Assembly (NCBI GenBank): GCA_963773065.1
Contig: CAVYZN010000006.1
Location: forward strand, 64,001 to 128,000
Reading direction: 5' to 3'
Length of the DNA stretch: 64,000 bases
From: an uncultured Gammaproteobacteria bacterium
GTDB taxonomy: Bacteria > Pseudomonadota > Gammaproteobacteria > UBA9214
The notes below the pieces were generated by a model that was not told where the DNA came from, did not search any database, and was given only the letters and a program-made list of their open reading frames with translations. Of the stretch, positions 46,497 to 59,570 are shown piece by piece. A program made the translations under genes and the position numbers. Every line of letters begins with the position of its first letter. Position 1 is the first letter of the stretch.

Positions 46497-47113
46497 CTCG
46501 CACTTGGCGCGGCAATCGCGTTCGTCCGATGTCATCGCCCTTGGTGCGCAAGCTCACACGTGAATTTCAGATGATTGCCCTGCACTCTTTACGATCGATC
46601 CAACCGAAGCTGGCCGGCACGGTGGGACTTTGGAACAACTGGAAACACTACACAAATGCCTGATCCGGCGCACCGGCTGGCTGATCCGTCCTCAGGGACG
46701 TAACGCATTGTACGTGACTGCAAACGATTCTGTGCAAATGGAGTTATTGCATTACCTCGACATCCTCGATTAGGCTGCGTAGCATATGACTTGTGGCGGA
46801 TTCATGCGACGAGAGGGTATATTATATTTTTCAATCTGTTGGTGCCAATTCTAATCTGAAAAAGTGGAATTACACGATTTTCGCGATATCCTGCCAGAGC
46901 GGAATGACACTTAACTTGAATCAAAATGTCGCGGGGTAGCGTTCTTTGCGTAACCCGCCCGGCGTAACGCAGCTACCCAACGCATTTTAATGAGTGCCTG
47001 ACCCACCCTGCATCGATTGTGGAACTGCCACGCAAGCGCCATCCGGATCCGGCGTTTTTTGAACGGTTCCAGACGCGGCGCAAGCCAGGAGTCCAACCCC
47101 CAGGAAACCGCCC

Positions 47114-48074
47114 ATGGATCACGCCGTCTTTATCCAGACCAACCACAAGCAGATCACCGGCGCCATCGTCGCCGAATACGCCCTGCGCCGCTATTCAAGC
47201 CACAACGACAAATTCGACGTCCGCATCATGAACACCGCGGATTATCTACTGGTTCAAGAGCCACGAGGGCCAGCTCTACCTGCGCGACGGCGTCAAGCGC
47301 ACCTGGCTGAACGACGACCTGCAGTCGTTCACCCCGACGCGCTTCATGCCGCCGGAACTGATGGACTACCGGGGGCGCGCGGTGGTGATCGACCCGGACA
47401 TCTTCGCCGCCAGCGATGTCTGGGACCTGCTCACGCGCGACATGCAGGGCAAGGCCATCCTGTGCCGTCCCCGCTCGAAAAAGAAGGGGATACTGGACCA
47501 CTGCATGGCCACCAGCGTCATGCTGCTCGATTGCGCCCAGCTCAGCCACTGGAAGGTGCAGGAAGACTTCGAGGAAATGTTCGAGTTCCGGCGCGACTAC
47601 ATGGCGTGGGTCTGCCTGCGCCTGGAGGACCGCGACAGCATCGGCCTGTTCGAGAACGAGTGGAACGACCTGGACAAGTTCACCGCCGCGACCAGGATGC
47701 TGCACACCACCCGGCGCATGACCCAACCGTGGAAAACGGGGTTGCCGGTCGACTGGCGTCCGGCGGAACACTTCCGGCGCTTCCCGCCGCTGGCCTGGCT
47801 GATGCGCGCCCGCCGCCAACTGTTCGGTGAATACGCCTTTCTGGGTCACTACAAGGCCCACCCGGACCCGAACCAGGAGCGCTTCTTCTTCGGCCTGCTC
47901 AAGGAATGCCTGACCAAGGGCATCATCAGCGAGGACCTCATTCGCGAACAGATGCGCCTGAACCATGTGCGCCACGACGCCTTCGAGGTCCTGGAGCGCA
48001 CGCCCGACCTGCCGCCGGCGCCGCTGCATCCCCTGTCGCAGGCCGTCGGTCAGGCGGCTAGGATCCCCCAGTAA
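47114..48074 (+). CDS. GT-A (GT8-like) glycosyltransferase, copy 2; frameshift near 47250
   Basis: Closely similar to the protein at 20482 (DHAVFIQTNHKQI, VIDPDIF, SVMLLDC, QPWK). Confidence 0.78.
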
Positions 48075-48090
48075 GGTAGAGCAGAGGCAC

Positions 48091-48129
48091 GAAGCCCAAC
48101 ATTCGCGACCGCTGATCACGTTGGGCTTC
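48091..48129. repeat. Hairpin between convergent genes (REP-like or terminator)
   Basis: GAAGCCCAAC ... GTTGGGCTTC. Confidence 0.5.
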
Positions 48130-48151
48130 CGCTCGGCTCGGCGGCCTGATC

Positions 48152-49294
48152 TCAGCCCGTGCGGGAACTGCGCAGATCACCGAACAGGGCGCGCACCCGC
48201 GCGGCGGCGCGCTCGCCGTCCGACATCTGCATGGCGACGTTACCGGCCTTCCACTCCTGCCCGACCCAGACCGCGCGCCCGCTCGCGACCAGGCGCTCCT
48301 GGATGCGGGAGACGTCGCGGCGCATGCGCCGCGGCGCCAGCGCCATGGCGAGGTGGTGACTCAGCGGTTTGTAACGGAGATTGTGCCGGTAGGTCCAGCG
48401 TGGGCGACGGCGCTCACGGCTGTCGGCGCGCTCGGCCGGGCGATCAGACAAGTCAAAGATCGACAAGGGTTTGCCGGTGGCGGCCGCCTCGGCCAGCATC
48501 GACATGCTCTCGCCGGTCACCACCAGCCGGTCGGCCAGGGCCAGATACGCCTGATACGGGTTATCCTCGGCCGGATCCCCCCAGTGAAACGCGGAGAGCG
48601 GCGCCTCGATGGTTGCCAGAAAGGCCGCATAGGCCCTCTCCGGGGTGCGCGCGCTGTTGGTGGCCAGCACCGACCCGCCCTCTTTGCGGATGCACGCATT
48701 CAGCCACTCCGCCAGGCGCACGGCCTTCTCCGGCGTAAACACGAACGGCCCGCTGTCGCCTCCCAGCAGCACCGACCAGTAGGGTCGCGCCAGGCGCGCA
48801 AAATGTCCGCGCCAGCGGCCTGCGACCTCGTCCAGACCGGCTGGAGTAATCCGGTGCAGCGGCAGGTCGATCGGCAGGATGTTCGGCCGTTCCGGCAGGA
48901 AATACTGGGGCGTCGCGACGATCAGGTCGAAGCAGTCGAGCCTCGCCCAGGGACGCCCGACATGGACCAGCCGGGTCTGCCCGCCGGACTGGCGCCGTAT
49001 CCAGCGCGCCACCGGTTCGTTGCGCCGGCCCGCGGTAATCACCAGATCGGGCCACGGCGGATCCAGCCGGCTGGAACCCGCCCGGTCGATGCCGGCCAGC
49101 GTCACGCGCAGCAGCCGGTTGCTCAGCAGTTCCCAGGGCTGGTAGACAAAACGCTTGACCTCGAACGGCCAGTGCAGGGCCTCGGCCAGCGCCACCACCT
49201 GGTTGTTGTCGCCCGCCTTGTGCCCCGTCAACAGCCACACCCGCGGCGGGGCGTGGGGTGTATGCGGCCGATCTGCGATGGCGGGAGCGTTCAT
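48152..49294 (-). CDS. ELM1/GtrOC1-family protein (putative glycosyltransferase), copy B
   Basis: GHKAGDNNQ..ALAEAL, PPWPDLVITAGRR, FDLIV.TPQY, LLGGDSG, NSARTP, NPY..YL..AD..VVTGESMSM..EA..TGKP. Confidence 0.85.
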   Translation of the reverse strand: MNAPAIADRPHTPHAPPRVWLLTGHKAGDNNQVVALAEALHWPFEVKRFVYQPWELLSNRLLRVTLAGIDRAGSSRLDPPWPDLVITAGRRNEPVARWIRRQSGGQTRLVHVGRPWARLDCFDLIVATPQYFLPERPNILPIDLPLHRITPAGLDEVAGRWRGHFARLARPYWSVLLGGDSGPFVFTPEKAVRLAEWLNACIRKEGGSVLATNSARTPERAYAAFLATIEAPLSAFHWGDPAEDNPYQAYLALADRLVVTGESMSMLAEAAATGKPLSIFDLSDRPAERADSRERRRPRWTYRHNLRYKPLSHHLAMALAPRRMRRDVSRIQERLVASGRAVWVGQEWKAGNVAMQMSDGERAAARVRALFGDLRSSRTG

Positions 49295-50441
49295 GAGCGA
49301 TCTTTGCGGTGAATTCGGAGCAGAAAGTCGGCTGTCCGGCAAACAGCGCCCGCACCCGCGCCAGCGCCCGCTCGAGATCCCGCAGGGGCGGCGGAACCTG
49401 GTCGGGAAAGGACTCACCCAGCCAGACGGCATGCCCGCCCTCGAGCAGACGCCGGTGCACCAGGGCGATGTCCCGGCTCAGGCGCTTCGGGCCCCAGCGC
49501 ATCAACCCGCGATACAGGGAGCCGGACAGCCGGAAATCGCGCTCCCCGTCCCCTGCCATGCCGGGGATCGTCACGGGATGGTCGGCGTCGAACATGTAGA
49601 CCGGCTTGCCGGTCGCGCAGGCCTCGGTCAGCATGGAGATGCTGTCGGCCGTGACGATGATGGCGTCGGCCAGCGCCAGATAGCCGTAGTAGGGATTGTT
49701 AGCATCGTCGCGCCGCCAGCGGTAAAAGTGCCTCGGGACGTCGATGCCCGCGGCCAGCGCCTCGGCCGCCGGCGCCGAGGTGCGCGCGCTGGTGGTCACC
49801 AGCAGCGAACCGCCCCGCTCCCGGGCCAGCGCGCTGGCCTGCCGCGCCAGGCGCGCGCGCCGCCTTGCGTCCCGAACGTCGTGGGCCCGCTGTCGCCCCC
49901 GGCGATCACGGCGATGCAGGGCCGAGGCAACGCCGGCAAGCCGCGGCTCCCAGCGCCGCGCCTCGGCCTGCAGGCGTTCAGCGGTCACGCGGTGCAGGGT
50001 GAGCGTGTTGTGCAGCACATTGGGCCGCTCGGGCAGGCGGTACTGCGGCGTGGTGATCACCAGGTCAAACTGTTCCAGCCGCGCCCAGGGACGCCCGATG
50101 TGCACGAGGCGGGTAAGCCCGGCGGACTGCTCGCGTATCCAGCGGCAGGCCGGCTCGTTGCGCATGCCGGCCGAGATCACCAGGTCGGGCCAGGGCGGTG
50201 TGAGCGGACTGGACCGGTCCAGCCGGATGCCGCGCAGGTGACTGGCCCGGAACAGACTCACCCGCGCGGCCGAGGGCCGGTAGTCGAGCTCCTTGACCTC
50301 GAAGGGCCAGCCCAGCGCCTCCGCCAGCGCCAGCACCTGGGAACGCTCCCCCGCCCGGTAACCGGTCACGACCCACGCCCGCGGCGGCGTATCCCGTCCG
50401 CTCAGGCGCGGCGCGGGGGAAAATTCTGCATTGACTGGCAT
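49291..50441 (-). CDS. ELM1/GtrOC1-family protein, copy A; frameshifted
   Basis: GYRAGERSQ, PPWPDLVISAG, TTSART and NPYYGYLALADAIIVTADSISMLTEACATGKP; probable ATGA overlap with copy B. Confidence 0.85.
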
Positions 50442-50587
50442 TCGATTGATAGACACTCCCCCGGCGGCAGGCATGGCAGACCCGCCGGAGTCCAAGTACA
50501 ATCCGCGGTTTGCAAACCGGGCGGTCAAACTAGCGATGCACGAAGCGCCCCGACTGGCCCTCGAATATACCGGATTCTAACCGCTCC

Positions 50588-50830
50588 ATGCCCGCTTACA
50601 ACGAATTCATTACCCGTATCCGCAATATCCTTCAGCCCTTCGTCAAGCCGGGCCTGGCGCTCACCGAAGACAGCGAACTGGTGGCCGAACTCGGCCTGAC
50701 CTCGCTGCAGGTGATGATGATGATCGAGCAGATCGAGGATGATTTCGATATCTCCGTGCCCCTCAACATCCTGCCGGATATCCGCACCCTGGGCGATCTC
50801 GCCCGGCAACTGGAAAAACTGCTGCCTTGA
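50588..50830 (+). CDS. Acyl carrier protein (sphingolipid-pathway type)
   Basis: 80-aa acidic protein with ELGLTSL (Ser attachment site) and IEDDFDISVP; immediately upstream of spt. Confidence 0.9.
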   Translation: MPAYNEFITRIRNILQPFVKPGLALTEDSELVAELGLTSLQVMMMIEQIEDDFDISVPLNILPDIRTLGDLARQLEKLLP

Positions 50831-50834
50831 CGCC

Positions 50835-53329
<2,495 letters not shown>

Positions 53330-53394
53330 TACCGCTCGACGCGGATATTTTTACTAGGAAAATCTCTGAACACGCCTCATCTCCGCGAAGGCAT

Positions 53395-53485
53395 CATCCC
53401 TGTGAAAGCGGGCGTGCTGGGGATCCAGTAACTCACGTGATCCTGCGAGTTCACGACTGGATTCCCGCTTGCGCAGAGGAACTGA
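53395..53485. repeat. Degenerate REP-like palindromic pair
   Basis: CATCCCTGTGAAAGCGGG...GGATCCAG ... CTGGATTCCCGCTTGCGC. Confidence 0.45.
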
Positions 53486-53511
53486 CAGGTATTAATCGCA
53501 GGGCTCAATGA

Positions 53512-54290
53512 ATGTATTCGGCACCGATGACCGCTCAATCCTGGCAGCCGGCGGCGCACCAGCCGCCGCCCACACCCGATGAGATCCATGTCTGGCGCAT
53601 CGATCTTGCCGCCGGCACCGGATCGCCGGCCGGCGCGACGGTGCTCTCCCCCGACGAACGGGAACGCGCCGCTCGTCTGCTGTGCGAACACAAACGCGCC
53701 CAATTCATCGCCGGGCGCAGCGCGCTGCGGCGGCTGCTCGGCCATTACCTCGGCGCGGCGCCGCAGACGCTAACCTTCCGCTACGGCCCGCGCGGCAAAC
53801 CCGCCCTGGCTACCGGAGCGGCGCACAGGACGCTGCAATTCAATTTCAGCAACTCGCGGGATCTGGGGCTGCTCGCCGTCGCGACCGCGCGCGAAATCGG
53901 CATCGACCTCGAGTACCGCCACCGCGGCATCAGTGTGGCGCCGCTCGCGCGGCATATCCTGTCCCCGGGCGAGGCCGCCGCTTTCCAACGTCTCCCGCCG
54001 CAGCGGCACAAGCAGGCGCTGCTCGCGACCTGGACGCGCAAGGAAGCCTACGTCAAGGCCCTGGGTGTCGGACTCGCGCGGTCATTGAAGCAGCTTCTCG
54101 ACAGGGGTTGCCGGCGAAGACGATTACCGCCCGGCTGCAACTGGAGGATGCCAACGGAGAACCGCGGATCTGGACGTTCGCCCCGCTCGCCGTGCATCCC
54201 GATTACCTCGCCTGCCTGGCGGCCCCGGGCAGCGACTGGACACTGCGCTGCTTCGACTGGCGGCCGGCGCTGAACCCACGGCAGCCGTAA
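53512..54290 (+). CDS. Sfp-type 4'-phosphopantetheinyl transferase; frameshift near 54095
   Basis: LSPDERERA, GKP, FNFSNS, IGIDLE and WTRKEAYVKALG.G. Confidence 0.92.
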
Positions 54291-54383
54291 CCCTGACGGA
54301 CAATCGGGATTGCCCAACCCGGGTCCTGCCCGCTATCCCGTCTATAATAAAAATCAATCCCGGGGATCGGGAGGAGGATCGCC

Positions 54384-55496
54384 ATGGCTCAAGACATGCT
54401 GCTGGTCGCCACGCGCAAGGGCGCGTTCATTTATCACGGGGATGCCACGCGGGAGAACTGGCGCGTGTCCGGGCCGCATTTCCTCGGCGCCATCGTCCAC
54501 CATGCCGTGCTCGACCCGCGCGACGGCACGACCCTGCTGCTCGCCGCGCGCACCGGCCATCTCGGACCCACCGTGTACCGCTCCCGGGATCGGGGCGCGA
54601 CCTGGAAGGAGGCGCCGCGGCCCCCGGCCTTCGCGCGCAGCGAGGACCCGGCGTTCGCGCGCAGCGTGGATCATGTGTTCTGGCTCACCCCCGGCCATCC
54701 GGACGAGCCCGGTGTGTGGTATGCCGGCACCTCGCCCGCCGGCCTGTTCCGCTCCGGGGACGGCGGCGACACCTGGCAGGAGGTGGAGGGCTTCAACCGG
54801 GGCTATTTCCCGCGGATCCGAGACCAGGTGGGCGATGTGCCCGGCGGTTCGCTCCTGCATTCCATCTGCATCGACCCGCGGGACCGGCGCCACCTCTATA
54901 TCGGTATTTCCAGCGGCGGCGTGTTCGAGACCGGCGACGGCGGCGAGACCTGGCGCCCGCTCAACAAAGGGGTGGCCGCCTATTTCCTGCCCGATCCCGA
55001 GGCCGAGCTGGGACACGATCCCCACTGTGTGGCCCTGCATCCCCTCGCCCCGGACCGGCTCTATCAGCAGAACCATTGCGGCATCTACCGGCTGGACCGG
55101 CCGGGTGAAACCTGGCGGCGCATCGGCGCGGCCATGCCCGGGGAGATCGGCGACATCGGCTTTCCCGTGGTGCTTCATCCGCGCGATCCGGACACCGTCT
55201 GGGTGTTCCCCATGGACGGCACCGAAGCCTGGCCCCGCACCTCGCCCGGCGGCCGCCCCGCCGCCTACCGCACGCGCGACGGCGGCGCGAGCTGGGAGCG
55301 CCAGGACCGGGGGATGCCGGGCGAGCAGGCGTGGTGGACAGTCAAGCGCCAGTCCTTCTGCGCGGACGCGGCCGATCCGCTGGGGCTTTATTTCGGCACC
55401 ACCAGCGGCGAGCTGTGGGCGAGCCTGGATGAGGGTGATTCGTGGCGGCGCATCGCCGGGCACCTGCCGGAAATCTACGCCGTCGTGGCGGCCTGA
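54384..55496 (+). CDS. BNR/Asp-box beta-propeller protein (sialidase-like fold)
   Basis: Repeated Asp-boxes: SRDRGATW, SGDGGDTW, TGDGGETW, TRDGGASW and SLDEGDSW. Confidence 0.88.
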   Translation: MAQDMLLVATRKGAFIYHGDATRENWRVSGPHFLGAIVHHAVLDPRDGTTLLLAARTGHLGPTVYRSRDRGATWKEAPRPPAFARSEDPAFARSVDHVFWLTPGHPDEPGVWYAGTSPAGLFRSGDGGDTWQEVEGFNRGYFPRIRDQVGDVPGGSLLHSICIDPRDRRHLYIGISSGGVFETGDGGETWRPLNKGVAAYFLPDPEAELGHDPHCVALHPLAPDRLYQQNHCGIYRLDRPGETWRRIGAAMPGEIGDIGFPVVLHPRDPDTVWVFPMDGTEAWPRTSPGGRPAAYRTRDGGASWERQDRGMPGEQAWWTVKRQSFCADAADPLGLYFGTTSGELWASLDEGDSWRRIAGHLPEIYAVVAA

Positions 55497-55499
55497 CGC

Positions 55500-55760
55500 A
55501 TGAAGGTCATCATCCCGAGCCCCCTCTACGCCTACACCGGCGGCGCCCGCGAGGTAGCGGCCGAAGGCGCGACCCTGGACGAGCTGGTGAATCACCTGGA
55601 GGCCCGCTATCCGGGGCTGCGCTTTCGCATCGTGGACGAACAGGGCGCGATCCGCCCCCATATCCGCTTCTTCGTCAACGGCCAGAGCGCGTCGTCCCTG
55701 ACCCGAGCGCTTGCGCCACACGATGACGTGCTGATCGTCGCCGCCCTGAGCGGCGGCTGA
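55500..55760 (+). CDS. MoaD/ThiS ubiquitin-like protein
   Basis: 86-aa beta-grasp pattern ending in ALSGG. Confidence 0.9.
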   Translation: MKVIIPSPLYAYTGGAREVAAEGATLDELVNHLEARYPGLRFRIVDEQGAIRPHIRFFVNGQSASSLTRALAPHDDVLIVAALSGG

Positions 55761-55869
55761 CCGGAGCGGTTTGCCGCGGGCGCGGTTCGCGACCTCTGCC
55801 CGGCGTTTCGGTGCGCGCGCCGCAGGCACGGCAACGCGGGAATGGCTGGCCGCGGCGTGGCGGTCGAAC

Positions 55870-56070
55870 TCAAAGCCCAACTGCTATAGCCGCTTGACGA
55901 TCTCACGGTAACGAAAGCCTGCCAATCTTCCCATTTAGCCGCTCACCACCAGCGGGTAATGGACATGGTGATAGCCAGCTTTCCGTCCGGGCATCTCCTG
56001 GGACCCATGCCGAAGGGGATGAGGTTGCCCCGGTAGAGCGATGTCAGCAGGAGCGTCTCGGTCGCCACGC
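55870..56070 (-). pseudogene. Decayed fragment of an nmrA paralogue
   Basis: 55967-56057 aligns without gaps to 58484-58574, with 13 mismatches in 91 nt by manual count. Confidence 0.75.
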
Positions 56071-56122
56071 GTAAACCTAATTAACAGAGCCTGAGGCTCA
56101 GCCATCAAGCAAGAAGGTGTTA

Positions 56123-56563
56123 CTACTCTGACTGTTTTTTAAGTTCCAGCAAATCAATAACAAAGATAAGCCCGGCATTGGGTGGGACAACATCCTGTAC
56201 CCCCTTGGCCCCGTATCCAAGTTCGGCAGGAACTTTTACCAGACGCTTGCCGCCCGGCCTCATCCCGATGACACCCTCGTTCCAGCCCTGCATGACCCTA
56301 TCGGTACCGATGACAAATGAAACCGGGTCACCGCGGCCACGCGTATTGTAGAGTTCCCTACCTTTGCCACCGTTGTCATCCAGCCAGCCGACGAAATGCA
56401 TGGTCGCCACGTCCCCGACTTCCGCACGCTCACCCGCACCCGGGCTCAGGTCCTGGTACTGGACACCCTTACCGGTCGTGGTGAAGGTGCCTGCGGCGAA
56501 CAAGCCACCTGCCATCGAGCAGGCCAGCAGGAGCAATGTCGTTGTACGAATCAGTATATTCAT
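56123..56563 (-). CDS. FKBP-type peptidyl-prolyl isomerase with a signal peptide
   Basis: GVQYQDL..G.G, VMQGWNEGVIGM..GGKR, LGYG..G and VPPNAGLIF.IDLL. Confidence 0.92.
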   Translation of the reverse strand: MNILIRTTTLLLLACSMAGGLFAAGTFTTTGKGVQYQDLSPGAGERAEVGDVATMHFVGWLDDNGGKGRELYNTRGRGDPVSFVIGTDRVMQGWNEGVIGMRPGGKRLVKVPAELGYGAKGVQDVVPPNAGLIFVIDLLELKKQSE

Positions 56564-56608
56564 CGCATCCAAACCCCTTAAATCACGACCCGGTTGACTC
56601 GATCACAG

Positions 56609-57786
56609 TCAGTTCGCGCATTGCGGGTCACTGCCGCCCAGCGCGGTCCTGCACCACTCGGTATCGGCCAGCAAGGCATGGCCCGCCTTGCTGGGGTGAA
56701 AGCAGTCACCATTATTGACGTGTTCCGAACCGAACTTGACGTCATAGATATCGACATAGCGGGCGTTCGGCAGCGCGCCGGACTGCCGGTATTCCTCCAG
56801 CACATCACGCAGTATCGGGTTATAGGTGTCCCGGATGATCCGGTGAAACTGTTTCCGCCGCCGGCAGTCGGACCGTCTCCCGGATAATCATTGTCCGGGT
56901 CGTTGCGGGAGGCGCTGCTGGCGCAGTCGTCATTGGGGTTGTCCAGCAGGTTCTGGCACGGCACAAAGGGCCATTTAAATACCCTGCACACGAAATCACC
57001 GCGCTTGGCATTCCAGAGCCAGTAAATCGCCGGAATGCCGGACACGTGGATTTGCGCCAGTCGGGTCGCCTCGCTGGAGGCGAGCACATCAAGGCCGGCC
57101 CGATACTGTGTTTCGAACAAGCCCGGGTCGGTCATGGCTGAAAGGCTGTCCGCGCAGACGTCATTATTCCCCAGCAACATCGTGACCATCCCGGCAGCAC
57201 CCGATGGCGTCTGCGACACGGCCGAGACGACGTCCTGCGCCTGCGAGGAAAAGTCGGCCATGACGGCGCCGCTGACCGCCTGGTTGAACGTCGGGTCACG
57301 GCCGGCATTGTTCTCGTAGTAGCCATCCGGGGCGATGACTTCATAGCGCTCGTTAAACGCATTCACGACGTCGCCGCCGTCATAACCGGTCGACCAGACC
57401 GTCTCGTGATGCGCCTGACCGATCGTTCCATTCGCGGCCTCGCCCTCGCCGATGGAGTCCCCGATGTTGAACTGGTTGGCCGGGGGCGCTGGAACGGAAA
57501 ACACGAGGCCGCCCAGGACGAGACGGGTAATGACCACCACATCGCCCAGATCGAAAACGCCGTTGGGCTGCGGGGTCCCATCCACCAACGGCGCCACGTC
57601 ACCGTGCTGTTGCTGCTCGGTCGTCAGCGTGCGGCTGCCGAGCGCCGCCTGGATGGCCCAGAGCACATCAGCCGCGTTGACTTCGCCATCGATATTGATA
57701 TCGCCGTCGTTGGAAACCGCGACCCCGGGAACCGGCGTCAGACCGAGAGTACACAGCAAAAGCAAAAGACTCGTTACCTTTCTCAT
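56609..57786 (-). CDS. Secreted SGNH/GDSL hydrolase with an N-terminal dockerin-like domain; frameshift near 56860
   Basis: Signal peptide; GDINIDGEVNAADV and GDVAP...NGVFDLGDV; SGNH blocks GDSI, AVSGA, GNND and DCFHP. Confidence 0.82.
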
Positions 57787-58099
57787 TATTGATGCCCGGT
57801 TGCAAGCCCGATTAATGGATGTGAAGACCTGCACCCTTTATTTGCCTCGCAGCGTGATGCCTCTTTTCATCATTATCTGCAACAAGCACGGAGATGTGAA
57901 GCAGGAAATGCGCCGGCCGGCATAAACGTCCAGCATTCATGCATATTGACCGCCAGGCCGCCACCGCGCGGTTTCTTTGTATTTGATATTCAAATCAACG
58001 CCGATTTATTGCACGCACAAGACCGGGTTCATAAATTAGATTATTTCCGTCCCCATTTTTCCGTTCCGAAAAACGTGGTCTGTCCCTGAGGTTTTCTGA

Positions 58100-59050
58100 T
58101 TACTCGAGCGGGATGCGTTCCTTGTTTCGGGCAAGCCACTCCGCGAAGGTCTGAAGCGACGGGTTCAGCGCACGGGCGATGTCAACGTTGCGGGCGCCGC
58201 AGAAGATGTCATTGAAGTCGCGCTTGAACTGAAACATGTTGCCCAGGTCCTCGGCGCCGGGAAAACCGAAACCGCGATAGACCTCGGGAGACACGGCGTT
58301 GTAGCGCACCGCTTGACCAAGCGCCTCGCCGAGTACGGCGGCCATCTCCTCGCCGGTCAAGTGTTCACCGGCGATACCCACGGTCTTGCCGAGGTACTCG
58401 CGGCCTTTCTTGAAAATTCCGTAGGCACACCGGCCGATGTCCTCGGCGGCGATGCCCGGGAGCTTCTTGCCGTCCATGGGCAGGGTGATGGCGAGCTTGC
58501 CGTCCGCGCCTCTCTTGGGACCCATGCCGAAGTGGATGAAGTTGTCCCAGTAGAACGAGGTCAGCAGGAACGTCGTCGGCACGCCACGGTCGGTGAATAG
58601 CCGGTTGGCCTCCCCCTTGGCGTCGAAGTGCGGCACCTTGTACTTGCCCATCAGCGTGGGCATGCGCTCGTCGCCGAGGGGCACCCAGTCGCGCGTGTCT
58701 TCGAGGGTGGACCAGATGACGTGCTCCAGGCCTGACTCCTTCGCCGCCTCGGCCATGTTGGCCGCCTGGGCCAGTTCCCTCTCCGGCGAGAAGTGTTCCC
58801 AGAAGTTCGTGACGCAGTAGGCCCCGTAGGTGCCGCGGAACGCGCGCTTCAGGCTCTCGAGGTCGTCAAGGTCCGCCTCGACGACCTCCGCCCCGAGACG
58901 GGCGAGTGCGGCGGCCTTTTCCGAACGGGCATCCCGCGTCAGGGCGCGGACCCGGAACGGGCCGTCCGGGTCATTCAGGATGGCGCGGGCCAATCCGCCG
59001 CCCTGGGCGCCGGTGGCGCCCACGACAGCGATCGTCTTTTTCGTAGCCAT
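58100..59050 (-). CDS. NmrA/HSCARG family NAD(P)-binding protein
   Basis: VVGATGAQGG, TNFWEH and VPHFDAK. Confidence 0.92.
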   Translation of the reverse strand: MATKKTIAVVGATGAQGGGLARAILNDPDGPFRVRALTRDARSEKAAALARLGAEVVEADLDDLESLKRAFRGTYGAYCVTNFWEHFSPERELAQAANMAEAAKESGLEHVIWSTLEDTRDWVPLGDERMPTLMGKYKVPHFDAKGEANRLFTDRGVPTTFLLTSFYWDNFIHFGMGPKRGADGKLAITLPMDGKKLPGIAAEDIGRCAYGIFKKGREYLGKTVGIAGEHLTGEEMAAVLGEALGQAVRYNAVSPEVYRGFGFPGAEDLGNMFQFKRDFNDIFCGARNVDIARALNPSLQTFAEWLARNKERIPLE

Positions 59051-59220
59051 GAAATCCTCCTCGTTGGACGTGAGTGAACTTGGGGAGCCTGGACAGTATG
59101 ACTTCCGCATGAAGCGGCTAACCCCCGCCTCAATCAATAGCAGGTTAGCATGTAGCGACCAGCGCCACAGCGTACACTGTAAAGGTTTGGGAATCCCTGA
59201 TTACGCCTGTCATTCCCGAT

Positions 59221-59262
59221 GGAGTTGACGCGGTTATGGTCGATTATCGCGATTATCACTAG
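59221..59262 (+). pseudogene. 3' relic of a HigB (RelE-family) toxin
   Basis: GVDAVMVDYRDYH* directly upstream of higA; the rest of the toxin is missing. Confidence 0.6.
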
Positions 59263-59273
59263 GGCAGCAGACC

Positions 59274-59564
59274 ATGGACAAAATGCATAATCCCCCGCAT
59301 CCGGGTGAAGTTCTGAAAGACGGCGTCTTCGTCGACACCGGTGTCACGGTCACGGCAGCGGCCAAGGCGCTGGGAGTGACGCGCGCGGCATTGTCGCGCG
59401 TGCTGAACGGCAAGGCCGCCGTCAGCGCCGATATGGCCTTGCGCCTCTCGCAGTGGTTGAACACCGGCCCGGAAGTCTGGCTCAACATGCAGGCCGCCTA
59501 TGACTTGTGGCAGGCCAGGCAGAAGCCTCGCCCGAAGATCAAACCGTTGCACCGTGCCGCGTAG
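59274..59564 (+). CDS. higA: HigA family antitoxin (HTH)
   Basis: MHNPPHPGEVL, LGVTRAALSRVLNGKAAVSADMALRL and WLNMQAAYDLW. Confidence 0.93.
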   Translation: MDKMHNPPHPGEVLKDGVFVDTGVTVTAAAKALGVTRAALSRVLNGKAAVSADMALRLSQWLNTGPEVWLNMQAAYDLWQARQKPRPKIKPLHRAA

Positions 59565-59570
59565 TGTCAG

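Noticed and set aside
46931-46943. ops/JUMPStart element (GCGGGGTAGCGTT)
   Set aside because: It does not match GGCGGTAG exactly, and no JUMPStart stem is recognisable.
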